A stretch of DNA of 63,784 nt, filler included, from Candidatus Omnitrophota bacterium (GTDB lineage: Bacteria; Omnitrophota; Gorgyraeia; Zapsychrales; Zapsychraceae): the NCBI GenBank assembly GCA_015233495.1. It is 4 parts of 4 records of this genome, joined end to end, with 100 filler letters (N's around TTAATTAATTAA, not from the genome) between each part and the next. Parts side by side here need not be neighbours in the genome. Positions count along the whole stretch, not along the records: positions 34,144 to 50,396 come from JADFXQ010000041.1; 3 more parts are not named here. The stretch is one strand, 5' to 3'. The notes below the pieces were generated by a model that did not search any database, was not told the origin of the DNA, and saw only the letters and a list, made by a program, of their open reading frames with translations. Of this stretch, positions 35,143 through 44,699 are shown piece after piece. Every line of letters begins with the position of its first letter. Positions within the stretch are counted from its first letter, which is position 1. The position numbers and the translations under genes were made by a program.

Positions 35143-37974
35143 CTAAGGAATTGACAATTGTAATTCGCGCTCGGGAATGGAAATTCGGCTCAAGCCTGAC
35201 TGGATTTCCCGGTTAGGCTGATTGGATTCGATGAGGGCCAGCATATTCTCCACGCCCGGATCAGTCAAAGTAACATGACTTTCTTCCAAACGCATCACGT
35301 CGGCGAGCAGACCTAAAATTTGATCCATGTCCCGACCAATCACCTTTTGCTGACAAGCCGCCAACAAATAATTCCGCAGACGTTCATCCGACGGAACCAC
35401 GCCGTCATTCACCATACTCTGCATATGCGACCATTCGTTCCGAATATCCAAACGGCTAAAATCCCCGATCCTGACCGGGGCAACATTCCCCGCCGGCATA
35501 ACCGGCAAAGCCGGCACCGGCAAAGCCCGAAAATCCACCCCGCCGTTTTTATCCTCGGATTGAGCAGGCGAAATAATAGACGCTACTGTCGCCGGCGAGC
35601 TCGCTCTTGGCCGTTCCCTTTGTGGCACCTGTTGCGGTTGTTCTCTCGATAAATCAGCCATTAAATCTGGATAGTTCCCGGTTGTTGGCATTGCCGGTTG
35701 ATTCGACAATGTTCCACGGCGTGCTTGATAATTCGGTACTAAACGTGTTATACCTGCGTCATCCATACCGCGTTTTGCTGCTTCTTCTCTGATGGTTGCT
35801 ATCTCTGATCGAACAAACTCTGAATCCGGTTCCGCCAACAAGTCTGTTAAGGTTATTTGAAGCGCTTTTTCAAAATAGGATAAATGAGTCTGGCCAACGG
35901 CATTTTCTTGAGGCAACCTAATTTGTAATTCTTGATACGCGACGTCTAAAATATCTTCAATATCTTTTTTATCCCGCTCATCTCCAGCCGCGGCTATACT
36001 TTCTAAAACACAAATCGTTCGGAATCCCAAATATTTGGATTCAACCGGCCGTCCCGGAGCCAAAGCCAAAGCGCTCATCATAGTCAATAAGCGATTTATG
36101 CGCTCCTTTTTTCGTTTCCCGAAAACATTGAACCATCGCGATTTTTGTTGAGCGTATAATTCTTGAATTTGGCCGGGCAAATCATACGGCAAACCGCTGA
36201 TAAATTCGTCTTTGGGTAGGCCGTCTATTGATTGTCCGCCAATTCCCTGCAATGTGCTTGATAAAGGAAAACCATAATTTTCAGATTGCTGTATCCCTAA
36301 AGACAAATGCGATAATTCATAATCCAGCACTTCATTGATCTTTAGATCTTCGATGATAAAATCTCTAGTGATATTTTGGGCATACAAAAAATCAAGATTA
36401 AAAGCGCCGATAAAAAGACCAACAATAAATACCCCCATTAGCCCAAACGGTAAGCTACACTCGGGACTTGTTGCCGGCACTGAAAAAAACAGTGCCACCA
36501 ACCCAACTATATCCCATAATAAAAATGACAAAATACTTAACATTTGTATTCCCTGTCGAATCTGATAAAATTTATATATTTTTGCAATGCGTAAATCCGC
36601 AGGCCGACTATGTCCAAATCCAGCATTTGATTCAGCTTTTTTCCACAATTCATAAAATTGTTTTATTTTTTTATCAGATGCACCACGAATATGCGCTGAA
36701 ATAATTTCCCTTACTTCCTCATAAGTAAGCGCACGCCCTTGCCGAGCATTGTCAGTACTTGCAGGCGACGCTGCTTTAATTATATTGTTTTCCATGGAAA
36801 CCAAAATATTGTTTTGGCTATATGGCGAGCCGGCGGAAGTTCCGGGCAAAACCGCTATTTTTGTATCGCCAATAATTGCCGGGCTTGCGCCGGCCGTTGG
36901 GAACGGCATATTCAATACAATCCCGCCGCTGATGTAATTACGGACCAGCGGCTCGCTGTCTGTGCCGACATCGCGGTCGATGTTGTATTCGCCTTCTTTA
37001 AATGATTTATTGTAGGCCTTAAAATAAGTCTGCGGCGACCAGGATTTTTTTGAGGTCAAGCCTGCTAAATTTTCTTTATCGATCATTGCCGAATATACAC
37101 CCGGTTTATTTTTGAACCGCGATTTGAACCACTGGGCCATGATTAAGGAATAATAGACCTGGCGCAATGCCGCGTAACGCGGCGCGGTGTTGACTTCCTG
37201 AGTCAGCATTGGGATGATCATTTCCCGGGCTAATTTTGCCGCGTATTCATTAAGAGCTTTGCCGCGCGGGTCTTTGAAATTGTAGGCATCGGTATTGTTT
37301 AAATAATCCTGTTCCAGCATGACCTTGAGCGTCGCCTTATAAATATACGCCCCACTCGGTATCCGGCTTTCCGTATTCCGCCCCTCGTCCTCTGTCCTCT
37401 GTTCCCGCATAATAATTTCCGCCGGCACAATCCAGGGCCGGACCATGGTCGGAATCGCGACATCTTCCGTGCCGTATAATGCGGCGGCTTTTTTATAAAG
37501 TTTTTCCCAATAGGCTTTTCCCTCGGGCATATCCGGAGAAGTGAATTTGGCTGTATCTTTTTTCAACTGCAAATCCGCTTCCAACAAAACCTTGCCCATA
37601 TCAGTCTTGGCTAAACGGTCATCCAAAATCCGATCCGGAGCGTCCGGTTTCAAATTCACCCAAAATGCGCTGTTCGGCAAAGCGATGCCTACGACAAAAT
37701 AATTGAATAAAATTTTCGCCGTGGATTCAATCGCGGATGACGGCAGCGCTTTTGCATCGCCTTTATCCAAAAGCAAGCGGAAATTATTGCCGGTCATGTC
37801 ATAATTCAATGACCGCATATGCAAAGGCCGAAACGGTTCCTGAATCAAAGAATTGCGAAACGCCGCCATCGCCCCAGGAATATCCAGACTCCCGGCCATC
37901 TGGGCAAACCCGCTTTGCTCCAGGAATAAACAAAGACAAAGCAAAATAGAAATAATTTTGTTGATCCGCAACAT
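35143..37974 (-). CDS. Large exported modular protein (943 aa): signal peptide, conserved N-domain, membrane-spanning cargo, GGVD motif, helical C-domain
   Basis: The N-domain is homologous to 1404..4451. The cargo lies between AASP (about 36765) and ASSP (about 35595). NGGVDF at 35530-35547. Confidence 0.85.
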   Translation of the reverse strand: MLRINKIISILLCLCLFLEQSGFAQMAGSLDIPGAMAAFRNSLIQEPFRPLHMRSLNYDMTGNNFRLLLDKGDAKALPSSAIESTAKILFNYFVVGIALPNSAFWVNLKPDAPDRILDDRLAKTDMGKVLLEADLQLKKDTAKFTSPDMPEGKAYWEKLYKKAAALYGTEDVAIPTMVRPWIVPAEIIMREQRTEDEGRNTESRIPSGAYIYKATLKVMLEQDYLNNTDAYNFKDPRGKALNEYAAKLAREMIIPMLTQEVNTAPRYAALRQVYYSLIMAQWFKSRFKNKPGVYSAMIDKENLAGLTSKKSWSPQTYFKAYNKSFKEGEYNIDRDVGTDSEPLVRNYISGGIVLNMPFPTAGASPAIIGDTKIAVLPGTSAGSPYSQNNILVSMENNIIKAASPASTDNARQGRALTYEEVREIISAHIRGASDKKIKQFYELWKKAESNAGFGHSRPADLRIAKIYKFYQIRQGIQMLSILSFLLWDIVGLVALFFSVPATSPECSLPFGLMGVFIVGLFIGAFNLDFLYAQNITRDFIIEDLKINEVLDYELSHLSLGIQQSENYGFPLSSTLQGIGGQSIDGLPKDEFISGLPYDLPGQIQELYAQQKSRWFNVFGKRKKERINRLLTMMSALALAPGRPVESKYLGFRTICVLESIAAAGDERDKKDIEDILDVAYQELQIRLPQENAVGQTHLSYFEKALQITLTDLLAEPDSEFVRSEIATIREEAAKRGMDDAGITRLVPNYQARRGTLSNQPAMPTTGNYPDLMADLSREQPQQVPQRERPRASSPATVASIISPAQSEDKNGGVDFRALPVPALPVMPAGNVAPVRIGDFSRLDIRNEWSHMQSMVNDGVVPSDERLRNYLLAACQQKVIGRDMDQILGLLADVMRLEESHVTLTDPGVENMLALIESNQPNREIQSGLSRISIPERELQLSIP
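37356..37404. repeat. Heptamer tandem tract inserted in-frame in the conserved N-domain
   Basis: Minus strand GAACAGA GGACAGA GGACGAG GGGCGGA ATACGGA AAGCCGG ATACCGA; encodes EQRTEDEGRNTESRIP. Confidence 0.72.
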
Positions 37975-38125
37975 GGAAAAAAGACCCGCCTGATTAAAAT
38001 TAACTTAAAGCCTTACGAAGGAAATTCCTATTGAAAAAATCTACTGCAAGTATGCCTGATATAAGAAGAAAAAACAAGGTGACTAACAAAAGGGACGGAA
38101 TAATTTCGTTTGGCGGTGTATTGAC

Positions 38126-38392
38126 CTAATCGCCATAATGCGTGCGGGCGCGTTCGATGAATATGATGTTTTGCTTTTCATCGATCATATACACAATGCG
38201 ATCCTGGTAGGAAAGTCGATAAGAAAAATGCCCGGCAAGATCACCCAATAGCTTTTTCCCTTGATAAGGATCGGACGCGAGGACTTCGATTAAAATGTCT
38301 TTCAGTTTTTTCCAGAGTGCCGGAGTCAACTTCTCAATATCTTTGCGGGCTTGCCGGGAAAAACGAAAAGTAAAAGTCTTCCCTTTAATCAT
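38126..38392 (-). CDS. Type II TA toxin, RelE/YoeB family
   Basis: FSRQARKDIEKL...DPYQGKKLLGDLAGHFSYRLSYQDRIVY...RTHYG; overlaps the antitoxin. Confidence 0.9.
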   Translation of the reverse strand: MIKGKTFTFRFSRQARKDIEKLTPALWKKLKDILIEVLASDPYQGKKLLGDLAGHFSYRLSYQDRIVYMIDEKQNIIFIERARTHYGD

Positions 38393-38639
38393 GGAAAACC
38401 TCGTCCCAAGCGTAACTTTTCCCGGATTTGATTTCTTGCTCTGCAGTCTTCACGCTCTTGACCAATCCGGGAATCGCCGCAAGTTCCAGAGTTTCCATCA
38501 AATTATCATAATCCGCCTTGGATAAAAGCACGGCTTCGCCTTCCCTGGAATTTATTTGATAAACCTGATGCCCCTTGACCGACTTACGCAACATCTCAAA
38601 CCATTTTTCCCGCGCGTGGGTTGCCGTCAGAGTTGTCAC
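38385..38639 (-). CDS. Type II TA antitoxin, Phd/YefM family
   Basis: TATHARE...AVLLSKADYDNLMETLEL..IPG; AAGGAGG RBS with GTG start. Confidence 0.9.
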   Translation of the reverse strand: MTTLTATHAREKWFEMLRKSVKGHQVYQINSREGEAVLLSKADYDNLMETLELAAIPGLVKSVKTAEQEIKSGKSYAWDEVFHD

Positions 38640-38664
38640 AACTTCCTCCTTGATTAAAATTTAT

Positions 38665-38714
38665 TATGTACATATTTATGTACATAGGATAACATATTCA
38701 ATAAAAACCGTCAA
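38665..38714 (-). promoter_or_regulatory. TA promoter with YefM-type operator
   Basis: TTGACG-N17-TATCCT. Two TGTACA palindromes (38667-72, 38679-84) 12 bp apart, the architecture known for yefM-yoeB operators. Confidence 0.85.
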
Positions 38715-38751
38715 TCTTTTAAAATCCCCGGCTCGTCAACCTTTGCCTGTC

Positions 38752-39414
38752 TTATCGGCTGGCTGTGACACCTGTTCGGGCGCAATAGGGGCGCAGATTG
38801 CAGATAGAGCAATGCGGGGATATCGGACGGCAGATGTTTTGGCCCCAGAGCACCAATAATTCATTGATCTCAAGCCAGAACCGGCGCGGCAATTTTTGAC
38901 GCAGGGCCGTTTCCGTTTCCAAAGGCGATTTTGTCCGGACATATCCCCAGCGGTTGGATATCCTATGCACGTGCGTGTCCACGCAAATCCCGGGCAGGCC
39001 AAATCCTTCGGTCAATACCAGATTCGCGGTTTTCCGCCCGACTCCGGGCAAAGTCAACAATCGGTCCAGATCGTTCGGAACGCGGCCGTCAAATTCCCCC
39101 AGGATCTGCCGCGATATGGCCAAAATATTTTTCGCTTTCACATGGTAGAATCCGACCGGATAAATGATTTTGACGATTTGCCGCTCGGACAGGCGGAGCA
39201 TGGCTTCCGGAGTGTCAGCCAAAGCAAACAACCGTTCACTGGCCGGCAAAGTCGTTTCGTCTTTTGTCCGCAGGCTCAACAGGCAGGAGATCAAAATCAG
39301 ATAAGGACTTTTATATTTCTTGCCGACCAAGGTCAGGGTGGTTTCCGAAAACCGCTTGACCTCACGGCGCAGGATATGAATAACGGAAGAAATATTGTGA
39401 TTAGAAATCGGCAT
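38752..39414 (-). CDS. nth: Endonuclease III
   Basis: LPGVGRKTAN HhH, VDTHVHRI and CRPISPHCSICNLRPYC Fe-S motifs. Confidence 0.93.
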   Translation of the reverse strand: MPISNHNISSVIHILRREVKRFSETTLTLVGKKYKSPYLILISCLLSLRTKDETTLPASERLFALADTPEAMLRLSERQIVKIIYPVGFYHVKAKNILAISRQILGEFDGRVPNDLDRLLTLPGVGRKTANLVLTEGFGLPGICVDTHVHRISNRWGYVRTKSPLETETALRQKLPRRFWLEINELLVLWGQNICRPISPHCSICNLRPYCARTGVTASR

Positions 39415-39465
39415 AAATATCGTCGGGGCGCCCGTTATGCGGCCAAGACATGACAACCGGCAATT

Positions 39466-39539
39466 GTAGGGGCGTCCCTTGTGGACGCCCGTCGATCTGC
39501 CGCGATAGCGCAACGGGCGCCCACAAGGGGCGCCCCTAC
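39466..39539. repeat. Intergenic REP doublet (REPIN-like) with flanking remnants
   Basis: GTAGGGGCGTCCCTTGTGGACGCCCG...CGGGCGCCCACAAGGGGCGCCCCTAC; degenerate copies at about 39421-39436 and 39569-39595. Confidence 0.9.
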
Positions 39540-39592
39540 GACATCAAGGCGTGGTCGCGATAGAACGATGGGCGTGCACACAGGCCGCGCCG

Positions 39593-40510
39593 CTAGATTC
39601 CTTGCTCCTGTAAAATCCCGATATCATCGCGCCAGTCTTTCTGCGTCTTGACGTACAATTCGAGATACACTTTTTTCTCGAGGATTTCTTCCAAGTCCTT
39701 GCGGGCGAGCGTGCCGACCTGTTTCAGGACTAGACCGCCTTTGCCGATGACCATTTCTTTATGCGTTTCGCGGGCCACCATAATCATCGCCTGAATCTTC
39801 ATGGTGTTGCCCTTGACCGGCGTCATCTGCTCAATCACCACGCCGATCGAATGAGGAATTTCGTCCCGCATCGCCAAAAACAATTTTTCCCGGATCACGT
39901 CCGCCAGCGCCAATTTTTGCGGAAAATCGCTCAACACATCCTCGGGATAAAGCAAAGGTCCGACCGGCAAATACTCAAAAACCACGGACAACAAATCCTC
40001 GGTATTCAATCCCTTTTCCCCGCTCAACGCGACCATGGTAAAATTCTTCATCTCTTGCACGGAACAACCCTTGAGCTTCTCCCAAAACGCGATATATTCC
40101 GGCATATACGGCGCCTTGAGATCCACTTTATTCAAACCAAGAATCACCGGACACTTAGCCTGCGCGACCTTACTGCCGATCCCCTCTTCTTCCGGCCCGA
40201 TCCGGCGGGAGGTGTCAACCAAATAAATCACAACATCGGTTTCGCCGATCATGCCGACCGATGCGTTGTTCATATGCGCGTCCAACTGATCCCGCCCCTG
40301 ATGAAACCCCGGCGTGTCAATGAACACGATCTGCCCGCGCTCGTCATTAAAAATCCCGCGGATCTGATTCCGCGTGGTCTGCGGCACCGGAGTCACGATC
40401 GCCACTTTTTCACCGACCAGCTTGTTCAATAAAGTCGATTTCCCGACATTCGGCCGGCCGACAATCGCGGCCACGCCGCAACGCAATTCTGGTTTTTTCT
40501 TTTCAGGCAC
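39593..40510 (-). CDS. era: GTPase Era
   Basis: GRPNVGKSTL, PQTTR, DTPG, NKVD and KH domain (IGKGG) motifs. Confidence 0.96.
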   Translation of the reverse strand: MPEKKKPELRCGVAAIVGRPNVGKSTLLNKLVGEKVAIVTPVPQTTRNQIRGIFNDERGQIVFIDTPGFHQGRDQLDAHMNNASVGMIGETDVVIYLVDTSRRIGPEEEGIGSKVAQAKCPVILGLNKVDLKAPYMPEYIAFWEKLKGCSVQEMKNFTMVALSGEKGLNTEDLLSVVFEYLPVGPLLYPEDVLSDFPQKLALADVIREKLFLAMRDEIPHSIGVVIEQMTPVKGNTMKIQAMIMVARETHKEMVIGKGGLVLKQVGTLARKDLEEILEKKVYLELYVKTQKDWRDDIGILQEQGI

Positions 40511-40784
40511 GGAGGACGGTTCCTTTCCGGTATTTCATGGTCACCACAAAAACCATCGTAAAAAAAATAACATTCATAATATTAAAAACCCGCCAAACCA
40601 TATCATTCGACCGCAATCCCGCCGGCGTCATCAAAATAATGCACCCCCACACCCCGGCAGCCCACCACATACTGATATCAGAGGACGACCGGCGCTGAAT
40701 CACGCGCATAATCAAAGGAATATTAAACAACGGCATAACCACCGCGGCGATCAATCCCAAAATCGAAATCAAATCTGTTGGCAT
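40503..40784 (-). CDS. PQ-loop / SemiSWEET-like 3-TM protein
   Basis: LFNIPLIMRVIQRRSSSDIS pattern; 93 aa, three hydrophobic segments. Confidence 0.7.
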   Translation of the reverse strand: MPTDLISILGLIAAVVMPLFNIPLIMRVIQRRSSSDISMWWAAGVWGCIILMTPAGLRSNDMVWRVFNIMNVIFFTMVFVVTMKYRKGTVLRA

Positions 40785-40803
40785 ATAACCCCCATCGATA
40801 CAC

Positions 40804-40935
40804 AAACCGCGCGCCCAAAGCCGGGAAGGAGACGGTTCCCCGCGAGTTTAGCGAGGCCTTTCCTTATTTTCCAGAAAAAGGCCGAGCGTCTGTTTGAGCG
40901 GGGAACCGTCTCCTTCCCGGCCCGCGCGCCTTTAA
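40804..40935 (-). repeat. 132-nt structured dispersed element, copy B
   Basis: Reverse complement aligns with 6302-6433; perfect 24-bp stem GCCGGGAAGGAGACGGTTCCCCGC/GCGGGGAACCGTCTCCTTCCCGGC. Confidence 0.85.
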
Positions 40936-41005
40936 TGAAACGCGAAACCTCATGAAAGAACGCTTCGCGGATCGCGCATAGACAACAGGCACCCCTACAC
41001 ACAAA

Positions 41006-41914
41006 TCAAATTGTCGTATTGCTGAAATTCCTGTACGCCTTCAGTCGGCGATTGATGTCTTCGGTTTTGAGCGCCGCCGTGCGCGCCACGCCGAACCCTT
41101 CGACATTAAACGAACCCCAGACTGTAGCATAAACACAGGCCCGGCGCAAAGTTGTTTCATTGACCTTGCCCGCTTTTGCCAAATACCCCATGAGCCCGCC
41201 GGCAAACGTGTCCCCCGCGCCGGTTGGATCAACCACCTTGTCCACCGGATACGCCGGGAAACCGAAAAGAAAATTCGGGCCGGCCACAATCACGCCATGC
41301 TCGCCTTTTTTGACCACCACAATCGGCGGCCCCATTTTCCGCAAAGCCGCGGCAGCCCGGACCAAATTCTTTTCTCCGGTCAATGCGGCGGCCTCGCCTT
41401 CATTGGCGACAAACAAATCTACCTTCTTCATCAAAGCCTTCAAATCCGGCAAAGCAATGTTGATCCACAAATTCATGCTATCCAAACCCACGAACTTCGA
41501 CGACTTCATCAAGCGCAAAAACTTCATCTGCACATCCGGCGAAAAATTCGCCAAAAAAACATTGGGGATCGACCGTTGTTTCTCGGCGATCCGCGGCTCA
41601 TAATTCTGCAAAACCCCCAATTCCGTCTTAAGCGTGATCGCGTGACTAAAATCCCCGTCTTGATATTCCCCCTGCCACTTAAAGGTCGCGTCCCCGCCGG
41701 TGATGACCGAACTCACGTCCACGCCCCGGCGCTTAAAAAACGTCAAATGCCTTGAGGGAAAATCCCGCCCGACCACACTAACCAAATGCACGTCCGTGAA
41801 ATAACCCGCGCTCATCGCGAAATGCGAAGCCGACCCGCCCAGCAAATCCGTCCGCTCACCCGACGGTGTTTTCAAATTGTCCAAAGCAATGGTGCCAACC
41901 GCGATCAAACTCAT
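41006..41914 (-). CDS. PfkB-family carbohydrate/nucleoside kinase
   Basis: LGGSA, DSMNLWI, VVKKGEHG and DPTGAGDTFAGG motifs. Confidence 0.93.
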   Translation of the reverse strand: MSLIAVGTIALDNLKTPSGERTDLLGGSASHFAMSAGYFTDVHLVSVVGRDFPSRHLTFFKRRGVDVSSVITGGDATFKWQGEYQDGDFSHAITLKTELGVLQNYEPRIAEKQRSIPNVFLANFSPDVQMKFLRLMKSSKFVGLDSMNLWINIALPDLKALMKKVDLFVANEGEAAALTGEKNLVRAAAALRKMGPPIVVVKKGEHGVIVAGPNFLFGFPAYPVDKVVDPTGAGDTFAGGLMGYLAKAGKVNETTLRRACVYATVWGSFNVEGFGVARTAALKTEDINRRLKAYRNFSNTTI

Positions 41915-42093
41915 CTTTGCTCCTTCCGTTCAAAGACAAAAAACTTCTGTTCCCATTATAAAAAATGCGCGTCACTTGCATTTCGTAATATTACGCTAAA
42001 CCGTAACTTTAAGAAATAAGCTTAACGCGGCCGAAAGCTAAAAACAAGCGGAATATTTAACGAAGAGGCAGTTATTTCCCGTCATATTTTCTC

Positions 42094-42122
42094 TTGTCAA
42101 AAGCAATCCATCTATGTATACT
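42094..42122 (+). promoter_or_regulatory. Sigma70 promoter of the MazEF-like operon
   Basis: TTGTCA-N17-TATACT. Confidence 0.7.
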
Positions 42123-42147
42123 TTTAATCGATAGAAATGGAGATACT

Positions 42148-42393
42148 ATGGTTCACATTAATATTACAATCCCGCAAGAGATGAAAGGGCTTCTCGATGT
42201 CGCGGCGCGCCGGGAAAACATCGGCCGAAGCACGTTGATCCAACGGGCTGTTTCTTTCTACGTCGAAGTCCAGGAACGGCGCCGGCGCGAAGCGCTGTTG
42301 AAAGAAGGCTACATCCAAATGTCCGGCGAAACCGCCCAATTAGCCAAAGATTTCGAATTCGTGGACCGGGAGGCTTCCCGCCATGTCGATTAG
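42148..42393 (+). CDS. RHH antitoxin (NdoAI/MazE-like)
   Basis: INITIP...RSTLIQRAV...LKEGYIQM; overlaps the toxin start. Confidence 0.85.
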   Translation: MVHINITIPQEMKGLLDVAARRENIGRSTLIQRAVSFYVEVQERRRREALLKEGYIQMSGETAQLAKDFEFVDREASRHVD

Positions 42394-42724
42394 ACGAGGC
42401 GAGATCTATTCCGCCGACCTTGATCCGACGCACGGCAGTGAACAGCGCGGCCGGCGCCCCGTCCTCGTGCTTCAAAACGATATCGGCAATGAATACGCGG
42501 CGACCACCATCATCGCGCCCTTGACCACAAAAGCATTCGCCAAGACCTATCCCACCAATGTTCCTGTCCCGGCCGGCATCGCCGGCCTCAAACAGGATCC
42601 CACGATCCTCTTGTCCCAAATCCGGACGATCGACAAAAGCCGCTTAGATCGCCGAACCGGCGCGCTCCCCGCCGCGCTCATGGCCAAAGTTGAAGAAGCG
42701 GCCCGGATCAGTCTGGATTTATAA
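42383..42724 (+). CDS. mazF: MazF/PemK endoribonuclease toxin
   Basis: RRGEIYSADLDP..GSEQRGRRPVLVLQNDIGN and QIRTIDKSRL motifs. Confidence 0.93.
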   Translation: MSIRRGEIYSADLDPTHGSEQRGRRPVLVLQNDIGNEYAATTIIAPLTTKAFAKTYPTNVPVPAGIAGLKQDPTILLSQIRTIDKSRLDRRTGALPAALMAKVEEAARISLDL

Positions 42725-42734
42725 ATACATTGGC

Positions 42735-42902
42735 TTATTCTCCGATGATTTTCACCAGCACCCGTTTTTTTCTGCGGCCGTCGAATCCGCCGTAAAATAT
42801 TTGTTCCCAGGTCCCGAAATCCAGCCGGCCGTTGGTGATCGCGACCACGACTTCACGGCCCATGATCTGGCGTTTGATATGCGTGTCGCCGTTATCTTCG
42901 CC
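42735..42902 (-). pseudogene. yjbQ: C-terminal fragment of a YjbQ/UPF0047 protein (absent from the ORF track)
   Basis: Translates [55 protein letters not shown]; the N-terminal two thirds are absent. Confidence 0.85.
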
Positions 42903-42907
42903 CCCTC

Positions 42908-44638
42908 CTAAATTCCGATGTCCCGCGGTTTTCTTTGCTGCGGCATATCAATGAATAATTTCTGCAAAGAAAGCCTTTGGCCCGGATCGGACAAAACGCG
43001 CCCTGCTTGCCGCAGCACCTGTTCTGCCGTCGAGTTTTGACCGATCAAGACCAATGCCTGAATATAATATCCGCAGGAGGCGTAAGTCACTTCCTTCACA
43101 TAGGCCTGGCGCAAAAATATGACCGCGCGGCTATAATCCCCCTGCAATAAATACAAACGACCTAATCCAATATATGGAGAAACATATTCTTTGTCCAACT
43201 CTATGGCGGTTTGAAACGCGGTTTTACTGACTGCAAAATTCGCGGCGCTCATGCCCAAGTCATAAAACACCCGGGGGTCCTTGCTCCCTAAGCGAACGCT
43301 TTGCTCCAGCGCTAACCGCGCCGCCGCATATTTTCCCTGTCGAAAATACGCGTCGCCTAAAACCGCGTAGGCCTTGGGGTGATCGGGAAAAGACCGGATC
43401 ACCGCGGTCGAAAGAGAAATATCGTCGTGCCATTGCCGCGTCAAATCAAACGAACGCGACGCGCAAACCGCGATAATCGCGATAAGAATTAGTTTCCGGG
43501 TGAACAATCCCAGCGGCCGGCGCTCCAACCAATTTAAAAAATGGCGGGCCAACAAGCCGACTGCTCCGATTAAAGACAGATAAAGAAACCGGTGCGCGGT
43601 AGGATTGGCCAGCGCGATTATCCCGGAAACCGGCAAATAAAACACCGAAGCCCAGCACAACAAAAACGCCGAAGTTTTATCCCGGCGGTAAAAATACCAG
43701 AATCCCCAAACCGCTCCCGCCAAAACGGCTAAACCCGCGCAAGCTTTCCCGACAAACCCGGATGTGATATCCGGATTATAAAACGGCGGCAGAATGTTCA
43801 CGCCGGGAAGCCAAATAATCTCTTTCAAATAAAAAACCACCCGCCATAAATTAAGCCAAACCGGATGCGCCGGCACTGTGGCCGCGTCACTCGCGCCCCG
43901 AAAGAGCGCCTGCGTCGGAAAGACTGCAAAATAAACAAACAGATAAAAGCTGCCGATCACGCCATACGGCAAAATCCGCAGCCCAGGGCGCGGCGGCGCG
44001 GCAGCTTTTTCCCTTCGGCAAAGCCAAAAAAAAGCCGCAATCACCAGCGGATAAATCCCCGCTGATTCTTTGGAAAAAACCGCGAAAAAATAGCTGAGCA
44101 AGGCTAGACTACCCCATCCCCATCCCGGCCTCCGGGTCACGGAGCGCTCAAAGCACCAAAAAGAAATCAAGATAAACAAACCTGCCAAAAGATCCGCCCG
44201 CGAAGAGATATTCGCCACTGGATCGACCACCACCGGATGCGCGGCAAATAGCGCAGCCGCGAAAACAGCCGCACCCGGGCTGAGAAACAAACCCAAAACG
44301 CCATAAATCAAAACAACATTCACCGTATGCAAAATTAAATTAGCGGCGTGATACCCGGCGGGATTTGCTCCCCAAAGACCCCGGTCGATAAAATAAGTCG
44401 CCGCCTGAACCGGACGGAACGCGATCAAACCTGTCCCAATATCTGCCTGATTATGCCGGGAAAAAACCGCGGGGTCGATCAGCGCGGCATCCCGGCAAAA
44501 AATACGAGAAAAATTCGACCCTGATGAATAAAACGGATTTTGCCCGAAAATAAGTTCGTCATCCCCCGCGAAATCATTTCCCGGAACCAGGCAAAATGTC
44601 AGCACAGTTAATAAAATTAAAAAACAAATCGGTTTCAT
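42908..44638 (-). CDS. TMTC-like membrane protein (GT-C-type TM region plus C-terminal TPRs)
   Basis: [29 protein letters not shown] and RFLYL motifs; TPRs at the C-terminus. Confidence 0.85.
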   Translation of the reverse strand: MKPICFLILLTVLTFCLVPGNDFAGDDELIFGQNPFYSSGSNFSRIFCRDAALIDPAVFSRHNQADIGTGLIAFRPVQAATYFIDRGLWGANPAGYHAANLILHTVNVVLIYGVLGLFLSPGAAVFAAALFAAHPVVVDPVANISSRADLLAGLFILISFWCFERSVTRRPGWGWGSLALLSYFFAVFSKESAGIYPLVIAAFFWLCRREKAAAPPRPGLRILPYGVIGSFYLFVYFAVFPTQALFRGASDAATVPAHPVWLNLWRVVFYLKEIIWLPGVNILPPFYNPDITSGFVGKACAGLAVLAGAVWGFWYFYRRDKTSAFLLCWASVFYLPVSGIIALANPTAHRFLYLSLIGAVGLLARHFLNWLERRPLGLFTRKLILIAIIAVCASRSFDLTRQWHDDISLSTAVIRSFPDHPKAYAVLGDAYFRQGKYAAARLALEQSVRLGSKDPRVFYDLGMSAANFAVSKTAFQTAIELDKEYVSPYIGLGRLYLLQGDYSRAVIFLRQAYVKEVTYASCGYYIQALVLIGQNSTAEQVLRQAGRVLSDPGQRLSLQKLFIDMPQQRKPRDIGI

Positions 44639-44699
44639 CTGAGGTCTTTAATATTATCTCTCTGGCATTTTAAATGAGAAAGAACTCATTATTCTGGCA

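Noticed and set aside
38040..38062. Sigma54 promoter in the conserved leader (GGCATACTTGC)
   Set aside because: The GG-to-GC spacing is 7 nt rather than the required 10.
39415..39513. N-terminal extension of Nth in the ORF track (MRYRGRSTGVHKGRPYN...)
   Set aside because: It is a translation of the intergenic REP doublet; Nth homology starts near ATG 39414.
1656..39539. GGGGCGCCCC repeats as a CRISPR array
   Set aside because: They are dispersed and inverted rather than regularly spaced direct repeats, and no cas genes are present.
40769..41002. 77-aa ORF and other short ORFs over the structured element, riboswitch and antisense strands of housekeeping genes
   Set aside because: They are shadow ORFs with no recognisable motifs that overlap better-supported features.
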